Virus record (IMG/VR): IMGVR_UViG_3300031578_000009
Location: 1 to 64,000 of that record
Direction: 5' to 3' (one strand)
DNA length: 64,000 bases
Source: a virus
Under the pieces are notes generated by a model that had not been told where the DNA came from, ran no database searches, and was given only the letters and a program-made list of their open reading frames with translations. Position 1 is the stretch's first letter; every line of letters begins with the position of its first letter. Positions 50,614 through 59,882 of this stretch are shown here, one piece after another. Position numbers and translations under genes: made by a program.

Positions 50614-51103
50614 TATATTTCATGTTTTTTACAAAATTATTAAATAATATCTTATTGTGTATGTCTGGTAAGGATTTTTTTATCTGTTTTAAAGCATCAT
50701 CATTTTGAATATCAAAAGATTCATTTTTTATATCAAATTTAATTGCCCTTCTGCATTTTGATAATAGATGTTGATATCTTTTATTGAATTTTTTATCTGT
50801 ATCAATATAATTATTAATTCTCTTAAGACTATTATATACACAAGTTCTCTCCTTATATTCAAAATATTCTGATAATACTGTTGGATTACAATTAACTAAT
50901 TCCATTGATATAGATTGTGCAATTTGTTTAGGAAGCATAATATTTACATCTCTTGTTTTTATAACAAAATCTTTTGGCTTTAAATCATAATCTTTACTTA
51001 CAATATCACTAATAATTCCTAACTTCTTTTTACTTACTACTTTATTATATTTCTTAAATGTCCTTGGTTTATAATTAATATCATCTTTATCAATACTGTC
51101 CAT
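50606..51103 (-). CDS. Stand-alone DnaA domain IV-like (helix-turn-helix) protein
   Basis: I.DIVS..Y.L....F..KTR..NI..PKQIA..I..EL......L...F..KERT.V.NS..RI......D..F matches the DnaA C-terminal pattern. Confidence 0.72.
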   Translation of the reverse strand: MDSIDKDDINYKPRTFKKYNKVVSKKKLGIISDIVSKDYDLKPKDFVIKTRDVNIMLPKQIAQSISMELVNCNPTVLSEYFEYKERTCVYNSLKRINNYIDTDKKFNKRYQHLLSKCRRAIKFDIKNESFDIQNDDALKQIKKSLPDIHNKILFNNFVKNMKYND

Positions 51104-51284
51104 GTAATAAATTGTTTAATTCATGTATTAATAATGCTATTTCTGATTTTTCAACAAGTATTATGTCACCCATACTACTATGTTGTTTTTTGTCTTTGTC
51201 TTTAAAGTAGAATGGAGATATTGTAAAAACATCTCCAATTCTACTTAATTTTATCTTATGATTTTTAAAATTAAGTTCTGTCAT
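51090..51284 (-). CDS. Hypothetical protein
   Basis: 64-aa ORF in the operon. Confidence 0.5.
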   Translation of the reverse strand: MTELNFKNHKIKLSRIGDVFTISPFYFKDKDKKQHSSMGDIILVEKSEIALLIHELNNLLHGQY

Positions 51285-51594
51285 CTTTTTGTTTTTTATT
51301 ATCTATCTCAAAAGAAATTGCTGTAGCTCTATTTGCATCTTTTGTAGTATATGCCCATATGCCAAAGTCTCTTGATTTTGGATATGCTTCTTTGAATTCA
51401 GTTTCAGAATAAATTCTATTTTCAAAATCTAAGCATAATGGAACAACTTTAGTTTCAAACACTTCATACCATGAATCACCAAATTCATTAAATACTTTAT
51501 AAATTTTTGAATATTCATTAGATTTTATTTGTATAAACTTAAACTCAGAAACTTCTCCAGTACCATTAAACTCTAATTCTAGTTTATTTATCAT
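51271..51594 (-). CDS. Hypothetical phage protein
   Basis: 107 aa; YEVF...EAYP...DFGIWAY. Confidence 0.6.
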   Translation of the reverse strand: MINKLELEFNGTGEVSEFKFIQIKSNEYSKIYKVFNEFGDSWYEVFETKVVPLCLDFENRIYSETEFKEAYPKSRDFGIWAYTTKDANRATAISFEIDNKKQKDDRT

Positions 51595-51829
51595 TTTCTG
51601 TAAGTAATTTACACGTTATCATTTTACCACACTCTTTACATATAGTAACAGTATAATCATCTCCATTGGGATGAGTATCATACCTATTACTAGTTATATG
51701 ATTGTCTTGATTTAGACAACATATACTGTTACCATCTTCTGTTGGTTCTTTATTTTCTTCCATAAGATCCATTAAATAACTTAATACACTAATCATTTTT
51801 ATGTTTGTTGTACCATTTAATAAATTCAA
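51584..51829 (-). CDS. Small Cys-containing protein
   Basis: ORF with CC...H...CKECG; the real start is probably a downstream ATG. Confidence 0.45.
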   Translation of the reverse strand: MNLLNGTTNIKMISVLSYLMDLMEENKEPTEDGNSICCLNQDNHITSNRYDTHPNGDDYTVTICKECGKMITCKLLTENDK

Positions 51830-52160
51830 CTACTGCGCTCCAAGTTACTTCTATAAATTTTGTATTTATAAAAACTTCATTTTCAAATTGTCCAGAAGCA
51901 TCTTTCCATTTATAATATTCATTACTTTGATATATTTTATTAATACAAGGTATTAACCAATCCCAAGATGAATGATATTTTAGTTCACTGAATTTCCAAC
52001 AACTTCCATCATGGGGATTTTCTGGATAATCTTCTTCTTGAAAATTAATTTCTTCTTCAGATATATACCCTCGAATCCAAGGAGAACATTTTTCCTTAGA
52101 TTGTCCCCCCATAAATTCAGCAATTAGCTTATTTCCTTCTAATATTTCTTCTTGTGTCAT
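51789..52160 (-). CDS. Hypothetical phage protein
   Basis: NKLIAEFMG...KYHSSWDWL.P...KI...VVEFIKWYN pattern. Confidence 0.6.
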   Translation of the reverse strand: MTQEEILEGNKLIAEFMGGQSKEKCSPWIRGYISEEEINFQEEDYPENPHDGSCWKFSELKYHSSWDWLIPCINKIYQSNEYYKWKDASGQFENEVFINTKFIEVTWSAVVEFIKWYNKHKND

Positions 52161-52954
52161 AATATATCTTGTATTAAAATATCATTTTCATCAAACTTAC
52201 TATATAATTCTATTCTATCTGGATAATTCATATTAACATCTAATTCTTTCTCATAATGCTTAATTAATGATTCTTCTCTAATGAGAATCTTCTTTATTAA
52301 ACCACCTTCTTGAGAATTATAATGGAATGTAATTATTCTTTCTTTAGCTTGTTTACTAATTAATGAATATTTACCATCTAATAATAATTTATAATCTTCT
52401 ATGAAGTTATCTGGAATTATAAATTCATATAGTACATATCTATTATTGATATCTATTGTTCTTACAAAACATTCATGTTTGATTAAATATTCCTCTTGAG
52501 CTTTAAATCTTGAAGACTTGGAAAATTTCAACAATATAAATATAGAATTTTCTGCTTTATGTTCTATAAAATTACAATCTAAATATCCATTCATTAAATA
52601 TCCAATATTTCCACTATTATATTCAATATAGGAAGCAAGCGTTTTATTTTTGAATATAAGTGGAATTATAAATAGTGAAGTTTTATTATAAATAGATTCT
52701 AAAACATAAAATGTTTTTAAATCTTTTTTGCTTTCTATTATATGATTAGTTTTATACTGGATATCAAAGTTATTTACAGAACAATTATACATATCTCCAA
52801 GCTGAAGAATAGAATCATTAAATTCTATTGAACTTATGATTCTATTGTCTTTGTTAATTATATAATTGCTATTTGGAAATGTAATCATCATCTCACAAAT
52901 ATTTATTGGAGTAAAACTCACTCCATAGTTCTCTAACGCTTGCTTTTTATCCAT
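52157..52954 (-). CDS. Hypothetical protein
   Basis: 265 aa; NKTSLFI.P and GKYS.IS motifs. Confidence 0.6.
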   Translation of the reverse strand: MDKKQALENYGVSFTPINICEMMITFPNSNYIINKDNRIISSIEFNDSILQLGDMYNCSVNNFDIQYKTNHIIESKKDLKTFYVLESIYNKTSLFIIPLIFKNKTLASYIEYNSGNIGYLMNGYLDCNFIEHKAENSIFILLKFSKSSRFKAQEEYLIKHECFVRTIDINNRYVLYEFIIPDNFIEDYKLLLDGKYSLISKQAKERIITFHYNSQEGGLIKKILIREESLIKHYEKELDVNMNYPDRIELYSKFDENDILIQDIL

Positions 52955-53847
52955 TAAAAGTCTATTTTTATTTCTTCATTCAGTTTTTGTATTTCTGTTA
53001 TTATTGGAAATTCTGGTAATCGGCCAATTTCTCGCATGAAATCATCATTGCAATCTAATAAATGTAAAAGTCGATAATTCTTTTGAAATTCATAAACTCC
53101 TTTTGATCTACCAAGTCCATCAATTGTTTTCTTTTGTCCACTTGGTGTTTCATAGTACATTCCCCATATATATCCATGTAGTATTTCATGTGAATCTAAT
53201 TTATTATTGAATATTCCACAATTCTCAGGGAATGGAGTTATAACATTATCTCCAGCATCTCCAGATATTAATTGAAAACTTTGCCATTTTAAAGAATCTT
53301 CTATTGAAGTTTCAATCCACCAACCTTTAATTACATCTTCCTCTTGAATCTGATACATTACATCTTCTTTAACTAATGCTTTAATATCATCTTTTAGCTT
53401 ATAGGTATAATTAAAATTTTTGCCTGGAATACTTTGTAATAAATCTTTATCTGGAGAAACTAATATTTTATCAAAATATGTTATATCATCATCTAAGATA
53501 TTTTCTTTCAAATCATTATTTATCCAATATGCTATCAAATCATCGGATTCCATTAAATCCATCCATTGAGCATTCCAATTCTCTATTAAATAAGATTTAA
53601 GTGTTTTAATCCATTTTAATTGAGTTGGATACTTACTTCGATTTGACTTATATAATGGATCAATGTTGTGACGAAAATATTTATCTTTACTAATAAAAAA
53701 TACATAATGAGTTGCTTCTGTTTTAATAAAAATATTCTGGATTTTTTCATCCAGAATATTTATACTTTCCTCTAATGTATTTTTACTACTATGATAAACT
53801 AGTCCATCTGCATCAACTAATACTAACTTCTTCTGTTGGTCTTGCAT
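52954..53847 (-). CDS. 5'-3' exonuclease/flap endonuclease (T5/T7-like)
   Basis: VDADG, FR......YK.NR, ESDD, SPDKDLLQ, GD..DN. Confidence 0.88.
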   Translation of the reverse strand: MQDQQKKLVLVDADGLVYHSSKNTLEESINILDEKIQNIFIKTEATHYVFFISKDKYFRHNIDPLYKSNRSKYPTQLKWIKTLKSYLIENWNAQWMDLMESDDLIAYWINNDLKENILDDDITYFDKILVSPDKDLLQSIPGKNFNYTYKLKDDIKALVKEDVMYQIQEEDVIKGWWIETSIEDSLKWQSFQLISGDAGDNVITPFPENCGIFNNKLDSHEILHGYIWGMYYETPSGQKKTIDGLGRSKGVYEFQKNYRLLHLLDCNDDFMREIGRLPEFPIITEIQKLNEEIKIDF

Positions 53848-54328
53848 ATTCTATAAATTCTTTACTAAGATTTAATTGTTTTTCTTTGTCATAATCTTCC
53901 ATAGTAGACTTTAATAAATCAACTCCAAATATATCATTAAGATTTCTCATATTAATAACCTGCTTTCTACTGCTCCATCCAAATTTGTTAATTGCAGTAA
54001 TGATTCTTCTATAATCACCACTAGATAAGTTTGATTTATCAATTAAAGCCATTGGAAGTTCTAGATTATTTCTATTATAACAAACAATTAGTCCCATTGC
54101 ATCAAGGCTATTACGTATGATCCCATTACCAACATAATACTCTGCTGTTGAATTGTTTGTAATAAGGCTTCCATCTACAGATAATATTTCTTCAAAGTTG
54201 AATTTATCTTTTAAATCATGAACATATCTACGTTTAGTATTAGAATTAATCTGAAAATATTTTCTGGTTTTAAATCCCCTTTGATTAAAACAATATGGAA
54301 TATATTCTTTTGTCTTTTGTATAATCAT
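53813..54328 (-). CDS. Hypothetical protein translationally coupled to the ThiF/E1 gene
   Basis: 171 aa; ATGA overlap with the ThiF stop. Confidence 0.6.
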   Translation of the reverse strand: MIIQKTKEYIPYCFNQRGFKTRKYFQINSNTKRRYVHDLKDKFNFEEILSVDGSLITNNSTAEYYVGNGIIRNSLDAMGLIVCYNRNNLELPMALIDKSNLSSGDYRRIITAINKFGWSSRKQVINMRNLNDIFGVDLLKSTMEDYDKEKQLNLSKEFIEYARPTEEVSIS

Positions 54329-54984
54329 AATACTTCAATTAAAAATGGTTCTCCAAATTCGCTTATTTTAAATGGAAGATTACATATTTCTTCATTTGCA
54401 TATTTATTAATTAAATAATTAACCAATACATGAGTAATTCTAGCTCCTATTAGCATTCCAAAATAAGCAGTTTGTTTAAATGTACATGGTCCATCATCTA
54501 CTTCTGAATCATCAAATAATGTAGCCTCATATTGTTCTTCCCTACCTTTAGTAACTACATATACTTCATATAGGTTCGCTCTTAATCTCCCGTCAATCAG
54601 CAATTCTCTATTATCCTGTTTACTCCATTTTTCAAATACTTGTTTTCTGGTAGCCATATTATCCAATCCAGTAATCATAATTGGAAAATACTCATTATTA
54701 TATTTTGAATTGAATTGCCTTATTGAACAATTAGATTGTTCTTGACAATTTTGTAAAATAGAACTAACTTTATATTTACCAATTTGATTTTTTTTGAAAT
54801 TTTGAGTTCCAATATTTATAGCTTCAACTTTATCTGGATCATATATCCAATAAGTTGCTGGAACTGTTTTGGTTAATGCAAATAATGCATTTGATCCAAT
54901 TCCACCAGTTCCAACTAATATTATATGCTCATTTGAACTTTTTTCATACCAAGGAGCATCTTTAAATCTATCATTGTATTCCAT
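54325..54984 (-). CDS. ThiF/MoeB/E1-like adenylyltransferase
   Basis: N-terminal R, VGTGGIGS, DPDKVE..N..TQ, K, GLDN, IDGR; candidate thioester Cys167 in GPCT; no CxxC zinc sites. Confidence 0.9.
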   Translation of the reverse strand: MEYNDRFKDAPWYEKSSNEHIILVGTGGIGSNALFALTKTVPATYWIYDPDKVEAINIGTQNFKKNQIGKYKVSSILQNCQEQSNCSIRQFNSKYNNEYFPIMITGLDNMATRKQVFEKWSKQDNRELLIDGRLRANLYEVYVVTKGREEQYEATLFDDSEVDDGPCTFKQTAYFGMLIGARITHVLVNYLINKYANEEICNLPFKISEFGEPFLIEVL

Positions 54985-56047
54985 AAAGTAAATTATTAAT
55001 AGTTATATCAAATATTGGATTAGTTTCAAATTTATCTCTTAAATCTTCCATTTTAGAACATGCTTCAAGGCAATTTTTACGTAAATTAGAATCTGATCCA
55101 AATTCAAAATCATGAATAATTTCTAAATTAGTTTCCATAGCAACTTCGTATTCATCATAAGCAATTTCTTCATCTTTTGATAATTCATTATTAATTTTCT
55201 CCATTGCATCTCCAATACTTGAATAATATTTACCAGAATTTAATGAAATTAACTTTTTAAGAAAATTATCAACAGTTCCTGTTTTCTTATAAGTCTTTGT
55301 TAATGTTTGTAAATCACTATTCCCACCTTGATTTAGCCATCCTGCATTATAATCATCATTCCAATCTTCTTTGAAATTATATTGTTTTTGCCAAGATTGC
55401 TGACCAAATGTTTGTACTGGTTTAATTGCTGTTTTTTCTTTTTTAAGTTCATCAATTCTTTTATTCAACCAATTAATACTATTGAATTTTGTAGGCATAT
55501 CAATATCTAAATCTCCAATAAGAATAATATCTTCTTCTGTAGATGATTTAATATTAATTAATTTACCATCCGTACCTTTAATGGATGAATTATACAATAC
55601 TTTAGTTTTAGATGGAAATGCAACTTTACATTTATATTTTCTATCAAAACTAACAATCAATGATAAATAATAATTAAAGTTTGTAGCATTTGATAATAAT
55701 TCATCAGAATCGGTGTTACTAAAAAACGCTTGCATATTATGATGCGTATGCACCATACCACTATTACTATTAATTAAATTTTCATTAATATCATAAGCAT
55801 CCATTACTTTACCAGAATATTCGAATTCAGTATATGTATGACTACCAATATTCATTGGAAATATAAAATCAACTGTAAATTCCAAATCTTTCATTTGAAA
55901 CAAGTTACCTTTTGTTAATTTGTAAAATAATATTCCAGACCATTCTGTACTACCAATAGCAGAATGAAGATTATCTATTACATTAATAATTTCTTCATCT
56001 AATACTATTTTACCTATTGTTCCTAATTCTTGAGTTTTTTTATCCAC
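54971..56047 (-). CDS. JAB/MPN+ (JAMM) metallopeptidase
   Basis: E35 (EWSG) plus H100-x-H102-x7-S110-x2-D113, an exact JAMM motif. Confidence 0.88.
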   Translation of the reverse strand: MDKKTQELGTIGKIVLDEEIINVIDNLHSAIGSTEWSGILFYKLTKGNLFQMKDLEFTVDFIFPMNIGSHTYTEFEYSGKVMDAYDINENLINSNSGMVHTHHNMQAFFSNTDSDELLSNATNFNYYLSLIVSFDRKYKCKVAFPSKTKVLYNSSIKGTDGKLINIKSSTEEDIILIGDLDIDMPTKFNSINWLNKRIDELKKEKTAIKPVQTFGQQSWQKQYNFKEDWNDDYNAGWLNQGGNSDLQTLTKTYKKTGTVDNFLKKLISLNSGKYYSSIGDAMEKINNELSKDEEIAYDEYEVAMETNLEIIHDFEFGSDSNLRKNCLEACSKMEDLRDKFETNPIFDITINNLLYGIQ

Positions 56048-57251
56048 GTTGTTTTAGTTTTTTATTAATTATATATTGTGAAAATTCTTCTTCTATCTTA
56101 CTAATAACTTCATTTAATATATCAACATGTATTGATTTTTCTAAATTATTTTCTAAATCATCATCTGGAATTACTATGTTTTTGATATTTTCTTCCTTAA
56201 ACATTACTTCAGAACCTGTATCATTATATCTTTTATAAAAATAATTCTGTTCAAAATTTTCAGTTACTGAAATTCCATTCCTATAAGAATATAAATAATG
56301 TTCAGGAACAATCTCATTTAAAACTTTACGAATATGATCTTTAGAATCATCTGATAATTTAATATCATAATAATCAATATCATTTATATTATAAATAAAA
56401 CTAAAATCATTGATATGCGATAACAATAATAAATAAACTGTATTTGCATCATAAAAATATTCAATGTCTGCTTCTTTAAATCTATTTTCATCACATAGTA
56501 CATTATCAATCTTTCTATATGGAACTCCCTCAATACTTTCCCAAGAAATATATTCTTTTAATAAGTAATAGAATGGAACAATATTTAAAAAACAATGTTT
56601 TGTTGAATTTCTAGTTCTATCAAATACATTTTTTATTTGAGTATCTCCCATACATAAATCATTATCATATGTTCCAATGTGTGAGTGAGATAGATGTGAA
56701 AATATATAACTATTTCTTAATTCTCTTTCCGACACTGTAGTTCTTGCAAACTGTAAATAATGTAATCTTTTATTACTAAATGTTAATTTCATATATAAAT
56801 CTTTCATCTCAAGAGATTGTTCAAATGAATTTGAAATTATTACAGAAGGAATCCATATAATTATACTATATCTATAACCATCTTTGTAGCTATTATCATT
56901 TTGTAAATCTACATATTCTTCACCAAATACTTCTATTGCTTTATTCAAATAAAATGTTCTAAGTTTTTCATCAGACATTTTGTCTACAGAATCTATGATA
57001 TTATTTAATTTTATATCATGAACTTCTTTTTTAGTTAATGGTTTAACTTGACTACTTAAATCTTTAATTGAAAATGCAATAGGTGACACTTTATTATTTA
57101 CATCCGAATAATACATTTTATTTGCTACTCTTCCTTCTTTCTTGAAAATATATTGTTTGTTATACATTACATATTTACTTTGATAAACATTATTTGGTAA
57201 TTTATCTAATTCTTTATCAGAAAGTCTTAATATTTCTTCTGGAAGTACCAT
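56040..57251 (-). CDS. Putative E2 (UBC-fold) conjugating enzyme
   Basis: FSHLSHSHIGTYDNDLCMG (C200) resembles the HPN(I)...C active site; followed by a helix and WES.EG.PY; lies between the Ubl and JAB genes. Confidence 0.6.
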   Translation of the reverse strand: MVLPEEILRLSDKELDKLPNNVYQSKYVMYNKQYIFKKEGRVANKMYYSDVNNKVSPIAFSIKDLSSQVKPLTKKEVHDIKLNNIIDSVDKMSDEKLRTFYLNKAIEVFGEEYVDLQNDNSYKDGYRYSIIIWIPSVIISNSFEQSLEMKDLYMKLTFSNKRLHYLQFARTTVSERELRNSYIFSHLSHSHIGTYDNDLCMGDTQIKNVFDRTRNSTKHCFLNIVPFYYLLKEYISWESIEGVPYRKIDNVLCDENRFKEADIEYFYDANTVYLLLLSHINDFSFIYNINDIDYYDIKLSDDSKDHIRKVLNEIVPEHYLYSYRNGISVTENFEQNYFYKRYNDTGSEVMFKEENIKNIVIPDDDLENNLEKSIHVDILNEVISKIEEEFSQYIINKKLKQRG

Positions 57252-57265
57252 ACATTAATATTTTT

Positions 57266-57289
57266 TAAAAGAGGGGATTTCTCCCCTCT
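57266..57289 (-). terminator. Hairpin/terminator between the Ubl and E2-like genes
   Basis: On the minus strand AGAGGGGA-gaaa-TCCCCTCT followed by TTT. Confidence 0.65.
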
Positions 57290-57295
57290 ATTTGG

Positions 57296-57832
57296 TTAAA
57301 ACAAATTTAATAATTGTTGTGCTTCAAAATCTATGTCGTCTTCAGTCGTTTCATCCAATAATTTTACTTTATTAGTGGCTTTTGGTTCAGTTTCATTACT
57401 CATAACCTTTAAAATATAAGTTCCTGGATATAAATGAATTTCATCTACTTCTTCTGCTTGATTATTGTTTTTTTCAATCGTATCAAGAAATTCATTCAGT
57501 TCTTGAGTAGTTTTATGAGTATAATTAAATGGAACATCACCACCATTATCTTTATATTCTTTAACTGCATCTCTTGCTTCCCAATAACCTAATGCTCCTG
57601 CTTTTGATTTAGTTGGCATTACAAACATTACTGAATCAATTTCTGGTAATACTGCTTGGTCTACTTCAAATGAAGCTTTAGAAGCTCTGTCAATTAGCTT
57701 TGATGAACTCCAATCAATACCTAATTCAGTAATTTCTTCTTTTAACTCACCTAATGTACGAGCTGATGTTTCTACTTTCACTAACTCAGTTTGAGTTAAT
57801 AACTTTAATTTAATTGTTCTTTTTGTTGTCAT
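57296..57832 (-). CDS. Putative ubiquitin-like (beta-grasp) protein precursor with a C-terminal extension
   Basis: aa 1-79: RTIKLKL / LVKVET / TLGELKEEI helix / KLID / AVLP / VMFVMP then KSKAG79; about 99 aa follow. Confidence 0.65.
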   Translation of the reverse strand: MTTKRTIKLKLLTQTELVKVETSARTLGELKEEITELGIDWSSSKLIDRASKASFEVDQAVLPEIDSVMFVMPTKSKAGALGYWEARDAVKEYKDNGGDVPFNYTHKTTQELNEFLDTIEKNNNQAEEVDEIHLYPGTYILKVMSNETEPKATNKVKLLDETTEDDIDFEAQQLLNLF

Positions 57833-58851
57833 AATTTGATTTTTAAATCTGTTAACTGATTTTGTAAATAAAAATTAAACTCACGTCCACCATCTTTATA
57901 CCACATGTCTGTGGGGTCTTTTGGTGCACGTAATGGATTATGTATGTATGGTATTTGATAAATTTGAGAAAACTTCTTTGCATATTTTATTCCAGCTTCA
58001 TCATTATCAAAATAAATTACAAGATTTGGATATCTTTTTTTAAGTTTATAGAATACTTTGTCTGGTATCCAAGATCCTTCATTATTTGGAGCTATTGCTA
58101 TTGGTTTATTATATATTCTCCAAAATGGCCCTGTATCTTTAAAACTACTTGTTATAAAGCATATATCTCCACTTTTTGGCAATAAATCCCATCCCTGTAC
58201 GATTGTATTATCAACATTTGACAACCACTTTCTATAAGATGGTTTTTGTGGAAAATACAACTTCCTTCTGAATATTCCATTATGCCAATAATAATCCATA
58301 CTATATGAATAATCATCACATACATATAATTTTTCATATATATTCTTTTTTTCAGAAGTTAATCTGAAATAAGAAATTGGATTTATATTAGCTTTAATAA
58401 GCATATTTTCAGCCCATGACTGACTACCCCACCATTCTAAATCATGCTGAAGAAGTTCTCTCTTTTTAATTGTTAATATTGTTTTGTAATCCTCATATTC
58501 AACTGTATGAATTTGTTGTTCTGAATACTTAGTATAATTATTACTTCCTGAACCTCTTAAATACAGATTAAAATCAATATTTATTTTTTCTAATACTTCT
58601 TTAAAAGTTAATCCATATTTTCTACTAACAAATTGGAAACAATTTAAAGCCCCATCTTCACCAAAGTCTTTATATAAATAAGTGCCATTAAAATATGAGA
58701 TAACAGCACTTGGATTTGGATCATTTCTAAATTCAGCTTTAAAATGTTTTCCTATCTTTTGAAAATACTTTGAATATTTCTTATATATATCTAATGGACT
58801 AACTCTTTCAAGAATATTTTCTATTGTTAATAGTCCATTTGTTTTAAACAT
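57829..58851 (-). CDS. DNA primase (DnaG/TOPRIM type)
   Basis: FR.D.NPS...YKDFG N-terminal domain; ITSSFKD, YFDNDEAG and KDPTD TOPRIM motifs. Confidence 0.85.
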   Translation of the reverse strand: MFKTNGLLTIENILERVSPLDIYKKYSKYFQKIGKHFKAEFRNDPNPSAVISYFNGTYLYKDFGEDGALNCFQFVSRKYGLTFKEVLEKINIDFNLYLRGSGSNNYTKYSEQQIHTVEYEDYKTILTIKKRELLQHDLEWWGSQSWAENMLIKANINPISYFRLTSEKKNIYEKLYVCDDYSYSMDYYWHNGIFRRKLYFPQKPSYRKWLSNVDNTIVQGWDLLPKSGDICFITSSFKDTGPFWRIYNKPIAIAPNNEGSWIPDKVFYKLKKRYPNLVIYFDNDEAGIKYAKKFSQIYQIPYIHNPLRAPKDPTDMWYKDGGREFNFYLQNQLTDLKIKL

Positions 58852-58855
58852 TCAA

Positions 58856-59077
58856 TTAACTAATTAACTTCCATTCATATATAGAATTTAATGTTCTGAA
58901 TTTGTTTTCAGATATTATTTCAGTAACTCTTGACGTTACCCAATTATATCCTACAAAAAATCCCTTGCCAATTTCTGGATTTTCTACAAATTTTCCAATT
59001 TTTTCAAATCCAACTTCTATATTGTTTGGATGAAGTGGATTTTCTGCTTCTTCTAATTTTCTAATTAGGACGTTCAT
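58856..59077 (-). CDS. Hypothetical protein
   Basis: 73 aa; HPNNI..G...TS.V.EI....F.TLNSIY. Confidence 0.6.
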   Translation of the reverse strand: MNVLIRKLEEAENPLHPNNIEVGFEKIGKFVENPEIGKGFFVGYNWVTSRVTEIISENKFRTLNSIYEWKLIS

Positions 59078-59078
59078 A

Positions 59079-59246
59079 TTATTTATTGTTTTTACTAGTT
59101 AAATGCCAACCAAAACAATGTGGACAATAATATTTATAAAGAACTTTATTATCTTTTAAAGCTCTTTTTATGATATTATCTGCCCATGATTCTTTTAGTT
59201 TTTTCTTATGTAAACATGTTTTTACCCATTCATCAATTTTCTTCAT
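59079..59246 (-). CDS. Small zinc-finger-like phage protein (55 aa, not in ORF track)
   Basis: MKKIDEWVKTCLHKKK...YKYYCPHCFGWHLTSKNNK; fills the gap between neighbouring genes exactly. Confidence 0.7.
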   Translation of the reverse strand: MKKIDEWVKTCLHKKKLKESWADNIIKRALKDNKVLYKYYCPHCFGWHLTSKNNK

Positions 59247-59882
59247 TTAAAATGGAAGATCGTCCTTAATAGATTGAGTATCAGTTGATTGTTGGGGATC
59301 TTCATCCATCTTAACTAATGCTTTATAAAAATACTTATTAGTTTTATCAGGCCATGTATTATCCTTCTGTCTTGCTTGTAATTCTGCTTCTGTTGCTGCT
59401 ACATAACCATATCTGGGTAAATTAATCAACATTTTAACTTTAGGACTTCCATCCTTATCCTTACCCATATATTCTACTGCTCCAATCAAAAACCAAGTAT
59501 ATTTGTTATTAAATACTCTTTTTACTTGATTAAGAAAATCTTCAATACTATCTGCTTTAATAGCATCTACTTGCTCTTTTACACCCATTGCTGTAGCAAT
59601 AGTTGCAATAATATCTATAAAATCATTTGTAGCTTTATCATCTTGCTTACCTGTAATATAGATACCTAAATCTACTCTTCCAATTTGCCCCACTGCTCCT
59701 TCAAACCCTTCAAAATCTCCACCTAATGGTTTAGTTTCAAGATTGGCTTGCACTTTAAACTTTTCTCCGTTATTTGATTGTGTTATTTCAAATCCTGTAA
59801 CCTTTAACTCATTAGGGCCAATGTTAATGAATTGTGGAGTTTTAAACCCTGAATCTACTTTTGCTTCTTTTGTACTAAACAT
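59247..59882 (-). CDS. Putative single-stranded DNA-binding protein
   Basis: 211 aa; acidic tail ending DDLPF; replication context. Confidence 0.65.
   Translation of the reverse strand: MFSTKEAKVDSGFKTPQFINIGPNELKVTGFEITQSNNGEKFKVQANLETKPLGGDFEGFEGAVGQIGRVDLGIYITGKQDDKATNDFIDIIATIATAMGVKEQVDAIKADSIEDFLNQVKRVFNNKYTWFLIGAVEYMGKDKDGSPKVKMLINLPRYGYVAATEAELQARQKDNTWPDKTNKYFYKALVKMDEDPQQSTDTQSIKDDLPF

Noticed and set aside
54325-54984. ThiF as a thiamine/molybdopterin biosynthesis or microcin-maturation enzyme
   Set aside because: No thiS/thiG/moa genes or precursor peptide/transporter are nearby; the JAB, E2-like and Ubl neighbours favour protein conjugation.
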